IMG/VR virus record: IMGVR_UViG_3300021475_000005
Source of the DNA: a virus
Lineage: Duplodnaviria; Heunggongvirae; Uroviricota; Caudoviricetes
Direction: 5' to 3' (one strand)
Length of the DNA: 64,000 bases
Shown: one piece after another, positions 1 through 10,304 of the stretch
Layout of the letters: each line of letters starts with the position of its first letter
Position numbering within the stretch: the first letter of the stretch is position 1
Program-made: the position numbers and the translations under genes
Notes under the pieces: generated by a model
Seen by the model: the letters and a program-made list of their open reading frames with translations, nothing else
What the model was told of the DNA's origin: nothing
Database searches by the model: none

Positions 1-721
1 ATGTACGAGACGGTATACTTACGATCAGGTTTGGATATGGACGACCTTGAAGGATCGCCCCACGCATATTCACGAATGTCGAGATGAATTTCTTGATTTT
101 CGTATCGTCGCCTTTAAAAACAAATTCAGGGATGACACGATCTTTGGCACGGTCGTCGAGACGATATTTTGAAGCCAGTTCATCGCCATGTTTCTTGAAG
201 ATTTTGATGAAGCTGACGTTGTCGGCTGTCAAGCGCCATGTTGAGCATTCAATCCCCATGCGCTTCAAGAGCGCCATCATATCATCGCGTGCAGCCATAT
301 TGTTCGTGTAGAGGAACACGTTGCGATTCATCTGCGTGCGTTTGCGATTCGGAGAATATGTGCGACCAGCCTGCGCTCCGAAATAAGCTGCAAGCGTAAA
401 ATCATCTATTGAATGTCCACTATGGTCGCGTGATTTCGTTAGAGAGCCTAAAACAAGTTCGTCGCCGGGCATAAGATCGGCTGCATTCTTATAAGGATTG
501 TCTCTTTCCGTGTTAGTCAGAAACGGATGGTCTGATGCAGCAATAATTTCGCGGTTGAATCGCGTAGCGACCTTCAAAACTGGAAGCTTACCTTGCTGAT
601 GAACTGCAAGGACTTTCCGTGCGCGTCCTTTATGAGTGATGACTTTGTTGCCAACTTTGATTTGATCCAGACGTTTGTAAGAACCATCATGCATAAGGAC
701 GAGGGTCGATCCTATGAGAGG
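1..721 (-). other. Intein inserted in the TerL Walker A motif (Pro1 start, degenerate LAGLIDADG region; C-terminus outside window)
   Basis: After GHAK the frame continues PLIGSTLVLMHDGSYKRLDQIKVGNKV (block A-like), IAASDHPFLT (block B), LAAYFGAQ (block C-like) and FISTFVNMRG (block E-like). Confidence 0.85.
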
Positions 722-1108
722 TTTCGCATGACCCGGAGGAACGTTTAATACGATGCGTTGATAACTCGGATCGGTTTCAACGCGCTGCAATAAATCGGTC
801 AGCCAGATATGCCATTTCGATTCCGGTGGTTCATCCGGATTAACGTACTCACAGAACGCGTTGAATTCATTCTTTGCGAGCGGTAACAATTTTGCCAGAT
901 GACTCGACTGAACGCGTTCCGCCATCATGCTCAAGACATCCACTTGACGCGAAGGATCGGTAGTCTTTGTAAGTTCTACAATACGTTTTTCAGCTTCAGT
1001 CGGAATGATAAGGCCACGTTGCAGTGAGATTTTCACATCATTGGAAAGCGTATTGAGTTGGCGAACAACGGATCGCGAGTGCGCGCGAGCTTCATAATCA
1101 TAGGTCAT
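1..1108 (-). CDS. terL: Terminase large subunit, N-terminal part, intein-interrupted (runs off the window start)
   Basis: Absent from the ORF track because it has no stop in the window. ATG at 1108; the translated segments read MTYDYEARAHS...QRIVLNVPPGHAK, a TerL Walker A-like PP(G/R)H(A/G)K motif. It lies directly downstream of a TerS-like gene. Confidence 0.85.
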   Translation of the reverse strand, partial: MTYDYEARAHSRSVVRQLNTLSNDVKISLQRGLIIPTEAEKRIVELTKTTDPSRQVDVLSMMAERVQSSHLAKLLPLAKNEFNAFCEYVNPDEPPESKWHIWLTDLLQRVETDPSYQRIVLNVPPGHAKPLIGSTLVLMHDGSYKRLDQIKVGNKVITHKGRARKVLAVHQQGKLPVLKVATRFNREIIAASDHPFLTNTERDNPYKNAADLMPGDELVLGSLTKSRDHSGHSIDDFTLAAYFGAQAGRTYSPNRKRTQMNRNVFLYTNNMAARDDMMALLKRMGIECSTWRLTADNVSFIKIFKKHGDELASKYRLDDRAKDRVIPEFVFKGDDTKIKKFISTFVNMRGAILQGRPYPNLIVSIPSRT

Positions 1109-1113
1109 AAAAG

Positions 1114-1743
1114 TTATTCACCATTCTCCACATCAGTCTCGGCCATAAAACTTTGATCGGTTTCTGAGCCTGTTGTGATCTGGCGACTCTCTATTGCAAC
1201 GCGGTCGCGTGGGCGGTTTCCAGCAATGAGTGCCATTGCACCTTCGATATCGAAAGATGGTTGCGATTCTTCCTTCTGACCCATAGCTTCTCGTGCTTGA
1301 CTCAATAATGCTTCTGTCGCGTCGAGATCGATATGGCGAACACCGCTGTTGTCATTTTCTTCGAGGCCAGAATTGCCTTTAAACATCCCATACTCGTCGC
1401 CGATAAGTTTTAAGGCTGCATTACTTGCTGCCATGTCACCTTCTTGACGCGCAAGAACTGCGTTCTCGGCAAGTTGAGCGATAACCCATGCCTTACTGAT
1501 ACCAACAGTCTGACCGACAACTTTTGCAGATTCGATTGCGGCTGCGCGTAATTGTTCACGCTTGTCACGCACTTCGTTTGCGAGTTCGGTGATGCGGTTG
1601 AGCATCTCCGGATCGTTTTCGAGTTTTGTGTAAATACCAGACCCAACTGCGTACCCAGCAGCTACAGCCGCTTTCGCAGGCAGCATTCCACGCGCGCGAT
1701 TGAATGCATAGAGTTCTTGGCGTTGGTCGCTTAGACGGGCCAT
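1114..1743 (-). CDS. terS: Terminase small subunit-like protein
   Basis: N-terminal HTH-like ...PAKAAVAAGYA motif typical of TerS, helical body, position immediately upstream of terL. Confidence 0.7.
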   Translation of the reverse strand: MARLSDQRQELYAFNRARGMLPAKAAVAAGYAVGSGIYTKLENDPEMLNRITELANEVRDKREQLRAAAIESAKVVGQTVGISKAWVIAQLAENAVLARQEGDMAASNAALKLIGDEYGMFKGNSGLEENDNSGVRHIDLDATEALLSQAREAMGQKEESQPSFDIEGAMALIAGNRPRDRVAIESRQITTGSETDQSFMAETDVENGE

Positions 1744-1744
1744 C

Positions 1745-2551
1745 TTAACTCACGACCACATCAATCTTCACTGAACGCGTAAGCGCGTCGAGCATTCGCT
1801 GACGCCGCTCTGTATTTCGTTTCTTAGCACGCAAATTCTTAAAATCCCCATCAAATACGGCGTCAACAAAACCAGCCTCAACAGCTTCTTTGCCATCAAG
1901 CCAAACGTCGATTGTCTTTTCCATCTGTCTTAGTAATTGATCCCGAATACGCTTTTCAGACATGCGCGCGTATTTGCCTTGCTCGCGTAAACGCGTTGTG
2001 TAAATGCGTAGCATCTGCTCAATCGATTTACGCCGTTCGATATCGTCAGTGTCAGCTTCTTGATCTAGTCCGTCAAAACCGTAAGTGCCACGATGGATCA
2101 TGTATTTTGCTGGTGGGCGAATGACGAAGCGATCAGCGGCAAGCGGAATGATCGATGTCATCGACCGTGCCCACTTCGTGGCAAGGACTGTGACTGGATT
2201 CGGGCACATCAGGATTGCACCAAACATCTGCATTCCTTCTGTCCAATTACCTCCGCAGCTTGCCATATTGATAAGGATTGGTCGCTGTGGATTAATCGAA
2301 GATAACAACGCCAAATTCATTTCGAAGCGATCTGCCATATTATATTCGACGCCCGGTTCATTTCCGGCATCATCACACATTGCAAATGGATCGCCACCAA
2401 CGTAGATCGTAAAATCGTGCCGGTTAACACGATACAGATGTACGTCTTCAAGAAGAAAATCATTCATCAACTTCTTGCGAACTTTAGGATCGAGGTCGCC
2501 TCGCTTTAGCGTGCGATTACGATTACTCGTCGTAAGTTGTTTCTTCATCAC
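1745..2551 (-). CDS. clpP: ClpP-like serine protease
   Basis: INMASCGGN, WARSMTS (nucleophile Ser), MIH (His), DVWLDGKEAVEAGFVDAV: ClpP signature segments in order. Confidence 0.85.
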   Translation of the reverse strand: MMKKQLTTSNRNRTLKRGDLDPKVRKKLMNDFLLEDVHLYRVNRHDFTIYVGGDPFAMCDDAGNEPGVEYNMADRFEMNLALLSSINPQRPILINMASCGGNWTEGMQMFGAILMCPNPVTVLATKWARSMTSIIPLAADRFVIRPPAKYMIHRGTYGFDGLDQEADTDDIERRKSIEQMLRIYTTRLREQGKYARMSEKRIRDQLLRQMEKTIDVWLDGKEAVEAGFVDAVFDGDFKNLRAKKRNTERRQRMLDALTRSVKIDVVVS

Positions 2552-2837
2552 CTAATTCAACTTCATCTGGATGGAATGTGGCTGGGACTTTAGCCAGTTC
2601 GTCTTCTGGACAAATGACCTCGACTTCATCGTATGCAGCTTCATATGGAACAAATCCCATTGGCTGCTTTATTGGAACGCTGACGCGAATGAAAGGAATG
2701 CCGCGACTATCCAAGAGCCCAGTTTGTGTAATTGCAACTTCACGAGGATCATCAATCCACTCTCTCGTATACGATCCGCCAGTTGCGTCAAAAAATTCTT
2801 CATCTTCATCATCCATCCTTACACGTCGGCGACGCAT
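2523..2837 (-). CDS. Hypothetical acidic protein
   Basis: ORF; the ATG at 2837 overlaps the RuvC stop (TGATG), suggesting translational coupling. Confidence 0.55.
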   Translation of the reverse strand: MRRRRVRMDDEDEEFFDATGGSYTREWIDDPREVAITQTGLLDSRGIPFIRVSVPIKQPMGFVPYEAAYDEVEVICPEDELAKVPATFHPDEVELGDEETTYDE

Positions 2838-3343
2838 CAGCTTGGAATTTCCTTTAAGGTTAGAGGTTTTGGTGGCATTAGCTTTAGAGAGAGTAGTCCG
2901 TAGAAACATAAGATGCTCGCTTCTGCACGTCCGTCGTCTTTGACACGGGAAAAAATATCATATGCACATGGGAAAAGTTGCTGGGCTCGACGCCGGGCTT
3001 GATTTTTATCTGCCGGAGTTTTCGTTTTCGCTTTCCATTCTTGTGGACGCACCAATGTCAGGATCGCCGTCGTCGCCGATGCACCCAGTACAACACCCAG
3101 TGATCTCCCGAAATTAAATGCGCTCGTCACGCCCATTTGTGGTGATGAATGCACATCCTCGATAAAAACATACTCAGGCGCGAGGCGATTTAGAAGTTGC
3201 GCCGTTCCAGTTGGCGAGACTGCATTCTTGCTTCCACGTCCCGGTTCTTTTGGCATGTCAAATACCGAGAGTGTCCAATCCTCTGAATCAATCATCGCAA
3301 TTGAACCATTCAAACCCGGATCGATTCCTACAATCCGAGTCAT
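2837..3343 (-). CDS. ruvC: RuvC-like Holliday junction resolvase
   Basis: IVGIDPG, IEDVH...SAFNFGRS, DDGRAEA acidic tetrad of the RNase H-fold RuvC family. Confidence 0.85.
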   Translation of the reverse strand: MTRIVGIDPGLNGSIAMIDSEDWTLSVFDMPKEPGRGSKNAVSPTGTAQLLNRLAPEYVFIEDVHSSPQMGVTSAFNFGRSLGVVLGASATTAILTLVRPQEWKAKTKTPADKNQARRRAQQLFPCAYDIFSRVKDDGRAEASILCFYGLLSLKLMPPKPLTLKEIPS

Positions 3344-3957
3344 TCTTTCAAATGCTTTTCACTGTCGGCTGGAAACGGCAAGAGTTCGCTGGATGGAATG
3401 ATGTTTGACAGTTTCGCAGGATGATGCACCACACGAAACGGAACGGCGCTTTCTCCTGATGTGATATTCATAATAACATGTTCCGCAGCAACGACCTTAG
3501 TTCCATTCTCACCCTCGATGTCGGCGGTCGAAAATTTATTGTAGACCTTCGCCACACGACCCTTGCGTTGATTTTCTTTATCCCAGTATAGGACGAGATC
3601 GCCCGGCTTGCCCGGGAAACGAATGCCTGTTCGAAGCACCCATTCCGTCACGAGGTAGTTGAAGCATTCCGGAAAGTGTTTCGCCGCGACCGCAACATGG
3701 TTTCGAAGATTCATATCGGCTTTCCAGCCGTGAAGGGTCTGAAGCGTTTGGACTGCTTTGTCACCATCCCCGAGCGCGTGCTCTAACGCATCGACGACAG
3801 TCTGTATGACGAATTCAGCATCAGATGAGTATTTTCTCAAATGAGCCCAATCGGTGATCGCAGACGCATGGCGCGTCAACGCGCGGCGTATAGTAGAACT
3901 ACCATAAAGCGTTGGACGGGGATCGTCTGATGGCGACGGTCGTAAAACGGGGGGCAT
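3340..3957 (-). CDS. Hypothetical protein
   Basis: 205-aa ORF with a 4-bp overlap with ruvC; first gene of this operon. Confidence 0.6.
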   Translation of the reverse strand: MPPVLRPSPSDDPRPTLYGSSTIRRALTRHASAITDWAHLRKYSSDAEFVIQTVVDALEHALGDGDKAVQTLQTLHGWKADMNLRNHVAVAAKHFPECFNYLVTEWVLRTGIRFPGKPGDLVLYWDKENQRKGRVAKVYNKFSTADIEGENGTKVVAAEHVIMNITSGESAVPFRVVHHPAKLSNIIPSSELLPFPADSEKHLKE

Positions 3958-3975
3958 AAGAACTTTCTAATAGGC

Positions 3976-4004
3976 GCATAATCACAAACGCGCAACGATG
4001 TCAA
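3976..4004 (-). promoter_or_regulatory. Putative sigma70-type promoter for the RuvC/ClpP/terminase operon
   Basis: TTGACA (4004-3999), 17-bp spacer, TTATGC, about 20 bp upstream of ATG 3957. Confidence 0.45.
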
Positions 4005-4122
4005 TAGCCCTAACACAAAAAAGTTTGAAGTCAAGGATTGCGCCGACACGGCCTGTTCCATCGGCCCGCTTCGCGGTCTCGATCAAGAGGCACTAACCGG
4101 CCTTGTCCCTAATTTGTTTAGA

Positions 4123-4512
4123 AGGCTGTAGGATCGCTCAGCGTCAGGCTTGGAAGCTTTGTGCTCAGGCTGTAGGATCGGGCTGGGAAGCTTCGGTGGT
4201 CGTTCGGCGTGAGCTTCCGTGCTCGCACGACTGGTAACGTCTGCGTCAACGACACCGATAATCTATTTTCCTCATAGACTTCCAGACAAGTAATCCACGC
4301 GAATTGTTGACGAGTGATATTAAAGAAATAAAATAAGTACAGAAAAAGTTTACTCTACTCTCTATACCCCCCGTCTGAAAAAGCTAACGATTACTATTAA
4401 AGTATATATTAAAGTAATTAGAGGTATATTACTGTATATATTACTGTGATATCAATCGTGCGCTCCCATTGGTGAGTAGGGCTGGCGAGCCGTAAACTTT
4501 TTCTAATCGTTA
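4123..4512. repeat. Noncoding AT-rich block with direct and inverted repeats
   Basis: AGGCTGTAGGATCG x2 (4123, 4167); GGCTKGGAAGCTT x2 (4147, 4181); TATATTACTGT x2 (about 4425-4447); perfect 13-bp IR AGAAAAAGTTTAC at 4341-4353 and 4492-4504. Confidence 0.75.
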
Positions 4513-5842
4513 TTTATTACTTTGATACCACACGTCACATCATCGCGTACGACGTAAATTACGCTGTCGCAACAAAATTCCTAATAAAGAGGGATTTTCT
4601 AAGTAATTTTAGGTTTATTTTGTGGAGCCTCATATAATGTCAAGCATTTTGCGCAGTAACGCCACGCAGGCGTGTTATATCTCCATCCCAAAGGCGGTTT
4701 TCGCCCACACAGAGACGTGCCCCCAAGCTGCCCCGAAGTTGTATGCACGATGAAGTGGAGCTTTTGAGCTTTCAGGTAAGTTGCATTATCCGTCTTCGTG
4801 TAGGTCGTCATCCACGGCATTCTGAGAATCCATCAATCGGGAACTATCGTCATAACTGCCTCATTCCAAAAGCTCAACCCGGCTCGTACCCCTCCGCGAC
4901 CATCCTCGTCCCCTCCGGCGTCAGCAACGGCACCAGCGAAATGATCGGCAGCAATTTCGAGCGATCCTCGCCGACCCGGCAAATACCATTCAGGCGCACC
5001 GCCACCACGAAGACCGCTGCTGCGAGCATCGGCACGTTCTGGAGCAGCCTCAGCATCTCGTCACGGTTGAACTTGATGCGCCCTTCTCCGATACCGCCGA
5101 CTCCCGACCAGTCGGTCAGGACCGTCTCAAACGCCTCTCCGTCGATCTCGGCCCGCAAGACGATACCGGGGTGCGATAGCCAGTTGAAAGCCAAGGACAT
5201 GATGATCTCCTCTCAGGTCTTGAAGTACAAAACATGAACGTAAATATCCCCTACGGGTGATTACATACATCCCGCGTCGCCGCAACGCGGACAGCCTACA
5301 ATGCCGGTGTCGATTTTCGAGGACGTAAGGACGTGCCTGCGTCCGGCGCAGAGCGAACACGAAAGCCATCCACGCCGCGTCAGCCAGATTTCGACCGTCC
5401 ATCGGTAGTCCCGCAAGCGCCAGTGGGCGAGCTTCCAGTGCAGGTCTCGGAATGCGAGTTTCAACCGGGATAGCAATTTGGTCATACTGCGCGCCGTAGC
5501 CATGCACCTTCTTGCCATCGACCGTTTAATCCAAGTGTCAGTCCTTGCAAGATCATGCGTAAGCACGGTGGACAGTACGGCCCATTGCGCCCAAGCTTCG
5601 GATAGGTATGGTAGACAGCAAGAAAGCCTAAGCCATCCGCGATTGGAACTTCAAGCGGGATTTCGCAGGATTGACATTTGGTCATGGCAGACACGTGATC
5701 GAGAGAATTCCCAAGCCGTAGCGGAATGCTGAAGGCGTTGAGAAGAAAATCAACCGCGCTTCTTCCATCGAATCGGCATAGATGTGAAACTGCCGATCCG
5801 GGTACATCGGCGTCGGGCGCGATGCGCTTATGATGTAATGTC

Positions 5843-6415
5843 TCATATCGAATGGACCGGAAGTGCAAGAATTTCTTTGGCGATGGATTCGGCTGCGATG
5901 TTCTCGCCGCGCGACTCAGCCCGGATTTCCTCTTGTACCTCGTAAGACAACGACGAGAAGGTGATGCCACGCCTATGCCGATCTCGTTCAGCCCGTCCCA
6001 CGTGATCGCTGGCGATTTTCGCCGCCCGGTCGCGCATATCGGCCTGCATCGTCAGAACGGTCGCGCGCAAAGCCGTATTGTGCGCCGTCAAGCGTTTCAC
6101 CTCCTCGACGAGCGCCGGGACATCGGCGCGTGCATGGGCGATGAACTCGGCATTGCGTTCTTGTAACTCAGTCCAAGGACCAGTCCCGAACTGGACCCAA
6201 CGGGCGTCCGCGATCTGGACCCAGATGTCCTGCCGCATCGTGTAATGCATGAACTCGCGGTTGCCGTCCGCATCCCGGCAGGTCGCGTCGAATTTGAATC
6301 CGGCAGGCAGGATCGCGGAAATTTGGAGTCCGGCACCCGAGACATCGCGGAACGTCCACGGCGCTGGGGATGCACCATTGGTGCGGGTTTCGATGGCCTC
6401 AAGGTCCAGCGTCAT
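5843..6415 (-). CDS. Ead/Ea22-like phage protein
   Basis: MTLDLEAIE..NGASPAPW and NAEFIAHARADVPALVEEV motifs typical of this phage family. Confidence 0.6.
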   Translation of the reverse strand: MTLDLEAIETRTNGASPAPWTFRDVSGAGLQISAILPAGFKFDATCRDADGNREFMHYTMRQDIWVQIADARWVQFGTGPWTELQERNAEFIAHARADVPALVEEVKRLTAHNTALRATVLTMQADMRDRAAKIASDHVGRAERDRHRRGITFSSLSYEVQEEIRAESRGENIAAESIAKEILALPVHSI

Positions 6416-7870
6416 GGTGCCATCAACAAATTGGCTTCGATGAATGTCTTCACGGCATTATCGGGTTGAACGACCGTGAATTGGCGTGAAACCATCGCCT
6501 TCAGGACGCGATGGAGTGCACGGATATAGACTTCATTTTGATACCCCCCACTGTCGATGGTCACGACATTGCGGCGGAAGCATGTATCGAGATACTTGAT
6601 CGCTTCCATATCTTCTTTTTCTATGTGTTCGTTCACCAGTGATCTCCCTCCTCATAAAGACCGGCTTCGATGGCGGCATCTCCAAGCCGCTTCGCGAAAG
6701 CACGATCCGGCTTGAATGAATAGTTTTTCATATCTTCCGCAGCGCTTTCGGCGACGTTGAACCACTCGCGAAGAAGATCGAATTCCTCCGGCGTGACATC
6801 CAGTTCGACCGAGCCGTTCGGACCCGCGAGCGTGATCTTGATGGCGGCTGTGATCATGAGGCCACCGTATCGGAGGGTCCGCTCACAAATTTAACGGGGA
6901 CTTCCGTTTCCATCTCTTCGACATTTAATTCCAGATTCATGCCACCAGCTTTACAGCTATTGCATTGGAAATACTCTCCGGCGATTTGTCCGGTAGCTTT
7001 GTTTGTGAGAGGGCCTCTCACAAAATCTTCAGAAGTGCAGGACGGGCATCTCTCGTGGATCACTTCAACTCCCCGTGTTTTTCCAGAAACGCCGTCATGA
7101 TTTCGACGCCTTTCTTCTGCCACAGCAGGCGACCGCGAATGCGTTCGAAGAACTTTGCCTTGGTCTTGAATGTCTCGCCGTCGCTGACATACGCGTAACC
7201 CTGCGCACGCTGAATGTCTGAGAACAATTCATCGGCGAGCTTATCGACTTCGGAATGCGCGATCTAACGGTCATGACACGATCTTCAAACTCTCCTCGGG
7301 CCATCCACAGAACCACTTATATTTATGTGTGTCCAGTGACGGTGCCAACGCGTAAAGCGGCGTCATATCGCAATCGCGATCATGTTCAGCCACGAACATG
7401 CGCACACCACTTTCCAACTCGACGAGCGCGCCAATCGGGATCGCATGCTTTGTTGCAGCGTTGATCTGCCGAAACGTTCGCTTCTCGGGATCGGTTGGGT
7501 CTACGATATCGGCGATATTGATGAATGGCATCTCACCACCATTTCGGGGCATGACCATGATTGCCCCATTTATCGCGCTTGCCTGTTTTCTCCCGGCGTT
7601 CCACGCTCTCCATCGAGGAGGGTTCGCCAGCGGCTTTGAAGTCGGCCTTCAATTGCTCGATATGATCGACGTGAACGCGGAGATAGGATTCCTTACAACC
7701 GTACTGGCCCTTTTGTCCCATCAGGACGTAGCTGCCATAGGGAATGGTCTCGCAACAATTCGCGAACACGTACATGTCGTAAGCCTGATCACCTTTGATG
7801 CCGGGCCAGCCATTACTCATACGTCCCCACGAGCCGGGTTCGGCATAGTCGGCGGTTTCGGTCAGGAGAC

Positions 7871-8128
7871 TCATATTTTCATTCCCCTTGGGAGAGTGCG
7901 TTCATATGGTTCGCCTTGAACATAATGTTGGAATGCCCAGACGCATTTACCTGACGGATCAATCATGGAGCACACAATGCCGCGTCGTCCTGCATTGGTC
8001 AGGACTGCACCATAGAAACGATTGTGTTCAGCACAATAGTACGGAGCAGTAGCGACTTCGTACTGCATCGACGTGGCGTTTTCGAGTGTGATATAGACTT
8101 TCGGCTTCTTGGGTACAGGCTTCGTCAT
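7871..8128 (-). CDS. Hypothetical protein, paralogue of 10059-10304
   Basis: Shares YE.xT.PYY...RF...V.T..G.R...CSMI..SGK.VW.F with the 10059 ORF; start trimmed to MTKPVP. Confidence 0.65.
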   Translation of the reverse strand: MTKPVPKKPKVYITLENATSMQYEVATAPYYCAEHNRFYGAVLTNAGRRGIVCSMIDPSGKCVWAFQHYVQGEPYERTLPRGMKI

Positions 8129-9273
8129 TTCAACATATCCTTCTCGACCGTGACATTCATAATCACCGGAGGAAAATTGGGATCGTCGTACTTCCCAGTT
8201 GCAAGCGCGCGCTCCGCCAGCGGATATGTCGCGAAGAAAGCTTTTTCCGGACCATAACACGGAAAATCGTCATCCCAATATTTGTGAAAGATCGCGAACT
8301 TTACGATGATCATGATTCTCTCTTCCGTTGCGCTTCCTGATGATCGGCGAACGCTACCGATGCAATCGCACTGGAGAAGCGATGACCCGTCGTCCAGCCG
8401 CATGTGCAGCGTCCGATAATGCCGAGCGTCGCGCCGGTCTTGGGATCACGTTCGACATAGAGCGTATCGTCAATGAGTTGATGTCTCATCGTGTCCTCAG
8501 CAGTAGCATGCCATCGTATGAGAGCTTGCCGCGCTTCGTCGTCATGCACGGATACTCAACTGTCTGTAGCTCGCCGATCCTCTCCGGTAGGAAAAAGCCA
8601 TCCTCATCTTGATATCCGGATTCGAGTTCAGGAACCCGGCAAGAAAGAAACACGTCGTGCTCACCACAATCGCCATTGACCATGTAAGCGCCGTGTGCAT
8701 CCCAACACTGTCCATCGAAGAACCAGTAGGAGCAATCTGACGTTCCGCTATCATCCCAAGGCCACGGCCAGCCCTGATCGGGAAAGCGTGCATCGTCACG
8801 GCTCTTGAGAAAAGTTTCGACTGCTTTACGATAGACCGTTTCGTTCTTGGCCTTTAGAATGTATCCTGCAATACCATCCCGATAGCCGTCCATTGCAATC
8901 GAGCCGATCCATTCGGCATCTTTACCTTTTCCAACGTAGAAGTCAGCGCGCGTTCCCATCAGAAAGAGTCCTTTTTGACTTTCCAAGCCTTACTCTGGCT
9001 CTAGTTGGTTGTCAATGGGTTCAGAAGCCATATTCTCAGCTTCGCGTGCATACTGATAACTCAACGCCATCGTCGAGCCGGGCGGATGATAGCCGCCATA
9101 CTGATCGATTGCACCACCTCTTTCATCGACCGGATCGCGGCCTTCGGAAAGATCGTATTGCGGGTCCTCGGACCATCCGCATTCAGGACAACCGTACGGG
9201 CCGTGTATGATGCCGACGCCGATATCCACGCTATCGCGATAGCACTCTTCCGAACCGCATTTTGGACATTTCA

Positions 9274-9660
9274 TCAGTACTCATCCAAATGCAAGAGTTG
9301 ATCAACACGGGCAATTTCAGGATTGGCAATGAACCGCTCTATACGACGCGCAACATTTTTCGGAGTTACATCAGGCAAAGCACGATCATAGATTTCCCAT
9401 GAAGGCCCAAACAGATAATAAGTTTCGCTTCTCTTGAGGCCGAACAATTCCCGGACAGCATCCATACCGAATTGCCCTTTGTAAGCGATTATAGCGTTAC
9501 GCATAACCAATCCGCGAAAGACTTTTGCATGCGCCATGTGGCCCATCGCACATCCGACAAAACCACATGCCCAGCTTCCGCTGAAGACCGTCATGATGAA
9601 TGAGTTCGGATCGATGGTCTTGGTGAAAGCAGCAGCTTTGCGCAAACGGACTTTATACAT
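9274..9660 (-). CDS. Hypothetical protein, tandem paralogue 2
   Basis: MYKVRLRKAAAF...GCAMGHMAH...LFGL...YLFGP...TPKNVARRIERF. Confidence 0.75.
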   Translation of the reverse strand: MYKVRLRKAAAFTKTIDPNSFIMTVFSGSWACGFVGCAMGHMAHAKVFRGLVMRNAIIAYKGQFGMDAVRELFGLKRSETYYLFGPSWEIYDRALPDVTPKNVARRIERFIANPEIARVDQLLHLDEY

Positions 9661-10066
9661 GATATTCTCCCATCAAATCAGCGCGGCGAATGAGTTTTGC
9701 AACACCCGGTTGCTCCGGATTTACCAGAAAGCGTTCAATACGTCTGGCAATATTTTTCGGAGTAGGTTCTTGCGTACCTTTTTCGTAGCTGCCCCAAAAC
9801 GGCCCGAAGAGATAAATAGCTTCGTGGTGCTTGAGTCCGAACAACTTCTCAACCGCCTCCATATTGCGCGCGCGTTTATAGGTAACCGTGTTGTTGTCTA
9901 ATTTAAGACCCTCGAAAACTTTCTTGTGTGCCATATGTCCGACAGCACAACCGATAAATTTGCATTTTTGCGACACAAGAGTAGGCGAAAAAATCACCAT
10001 ATTGATGTTTTCATAATCGAGAGTCCTAATAAATGCGATGGCTTTGCGCAAACGGGCTTTATACAT
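9653..10066 (-). CDS. Hypothetical protein, tandem paralogue 1
   Basis: MYKARLRKAIAF...GCAVGHMAH...LFGL...YLFGP...TPKNIARRIERF. Confidence 0.75.
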   Translation of the reverse strand: MYKARLRKAIAFIRTLDYENINMVIFSPTLVSQKCKFIGCAVGHMAHKKVFEGLKLDNNTVTYKRARNMEAVEKLFGLKHHEAIYLFGPFWGSYEKGTQEPTPKNIARRIERFLVNPEQPGVAKLIRRADLMGEYHV

Positions 10067-10304
10067 ATTGCATTTCCTCTTTTGCCGGTCCCGGTGGAAA
10101 TCCGGTCTCGATATGCACCAAGAACACCCAAACAGCTTTACCGCTGTCCTCGATCATCGAGCACGTAACAAAGCGAAGTCCGCGCTCCGTGCTGACGGAC
10201 GCCATGAAGCGTTCGAAATTGAAGTCGTAATACGGAGGCGTCACGAGTTCGTATTCCGTGACGCCGTCAACGTGATCGACCGGGATTTTCTGCTTCGCGG
10301 TCAT
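10059..10304 (-). CDS. Hypothetical protein, paralogue of 7871-8128
   Basis: Shared motif as above; start trimmed to MTAKQK. Confidence 0.65.
   Translation of the reverse strand: MTAKQKIPVDHVDGVTEYELVTPPYYDFNFERFMASVSTERGLRFVTCSMIEDSGKAVWVFLVHIETGFPPGPAKEEMQYV

Noticed and set aside
4123-4193. CRISPR mini-array
   Set aside because: The repeats are only 13-14 bp, occur twice each, and lack spacer-length regularity or cas genes.
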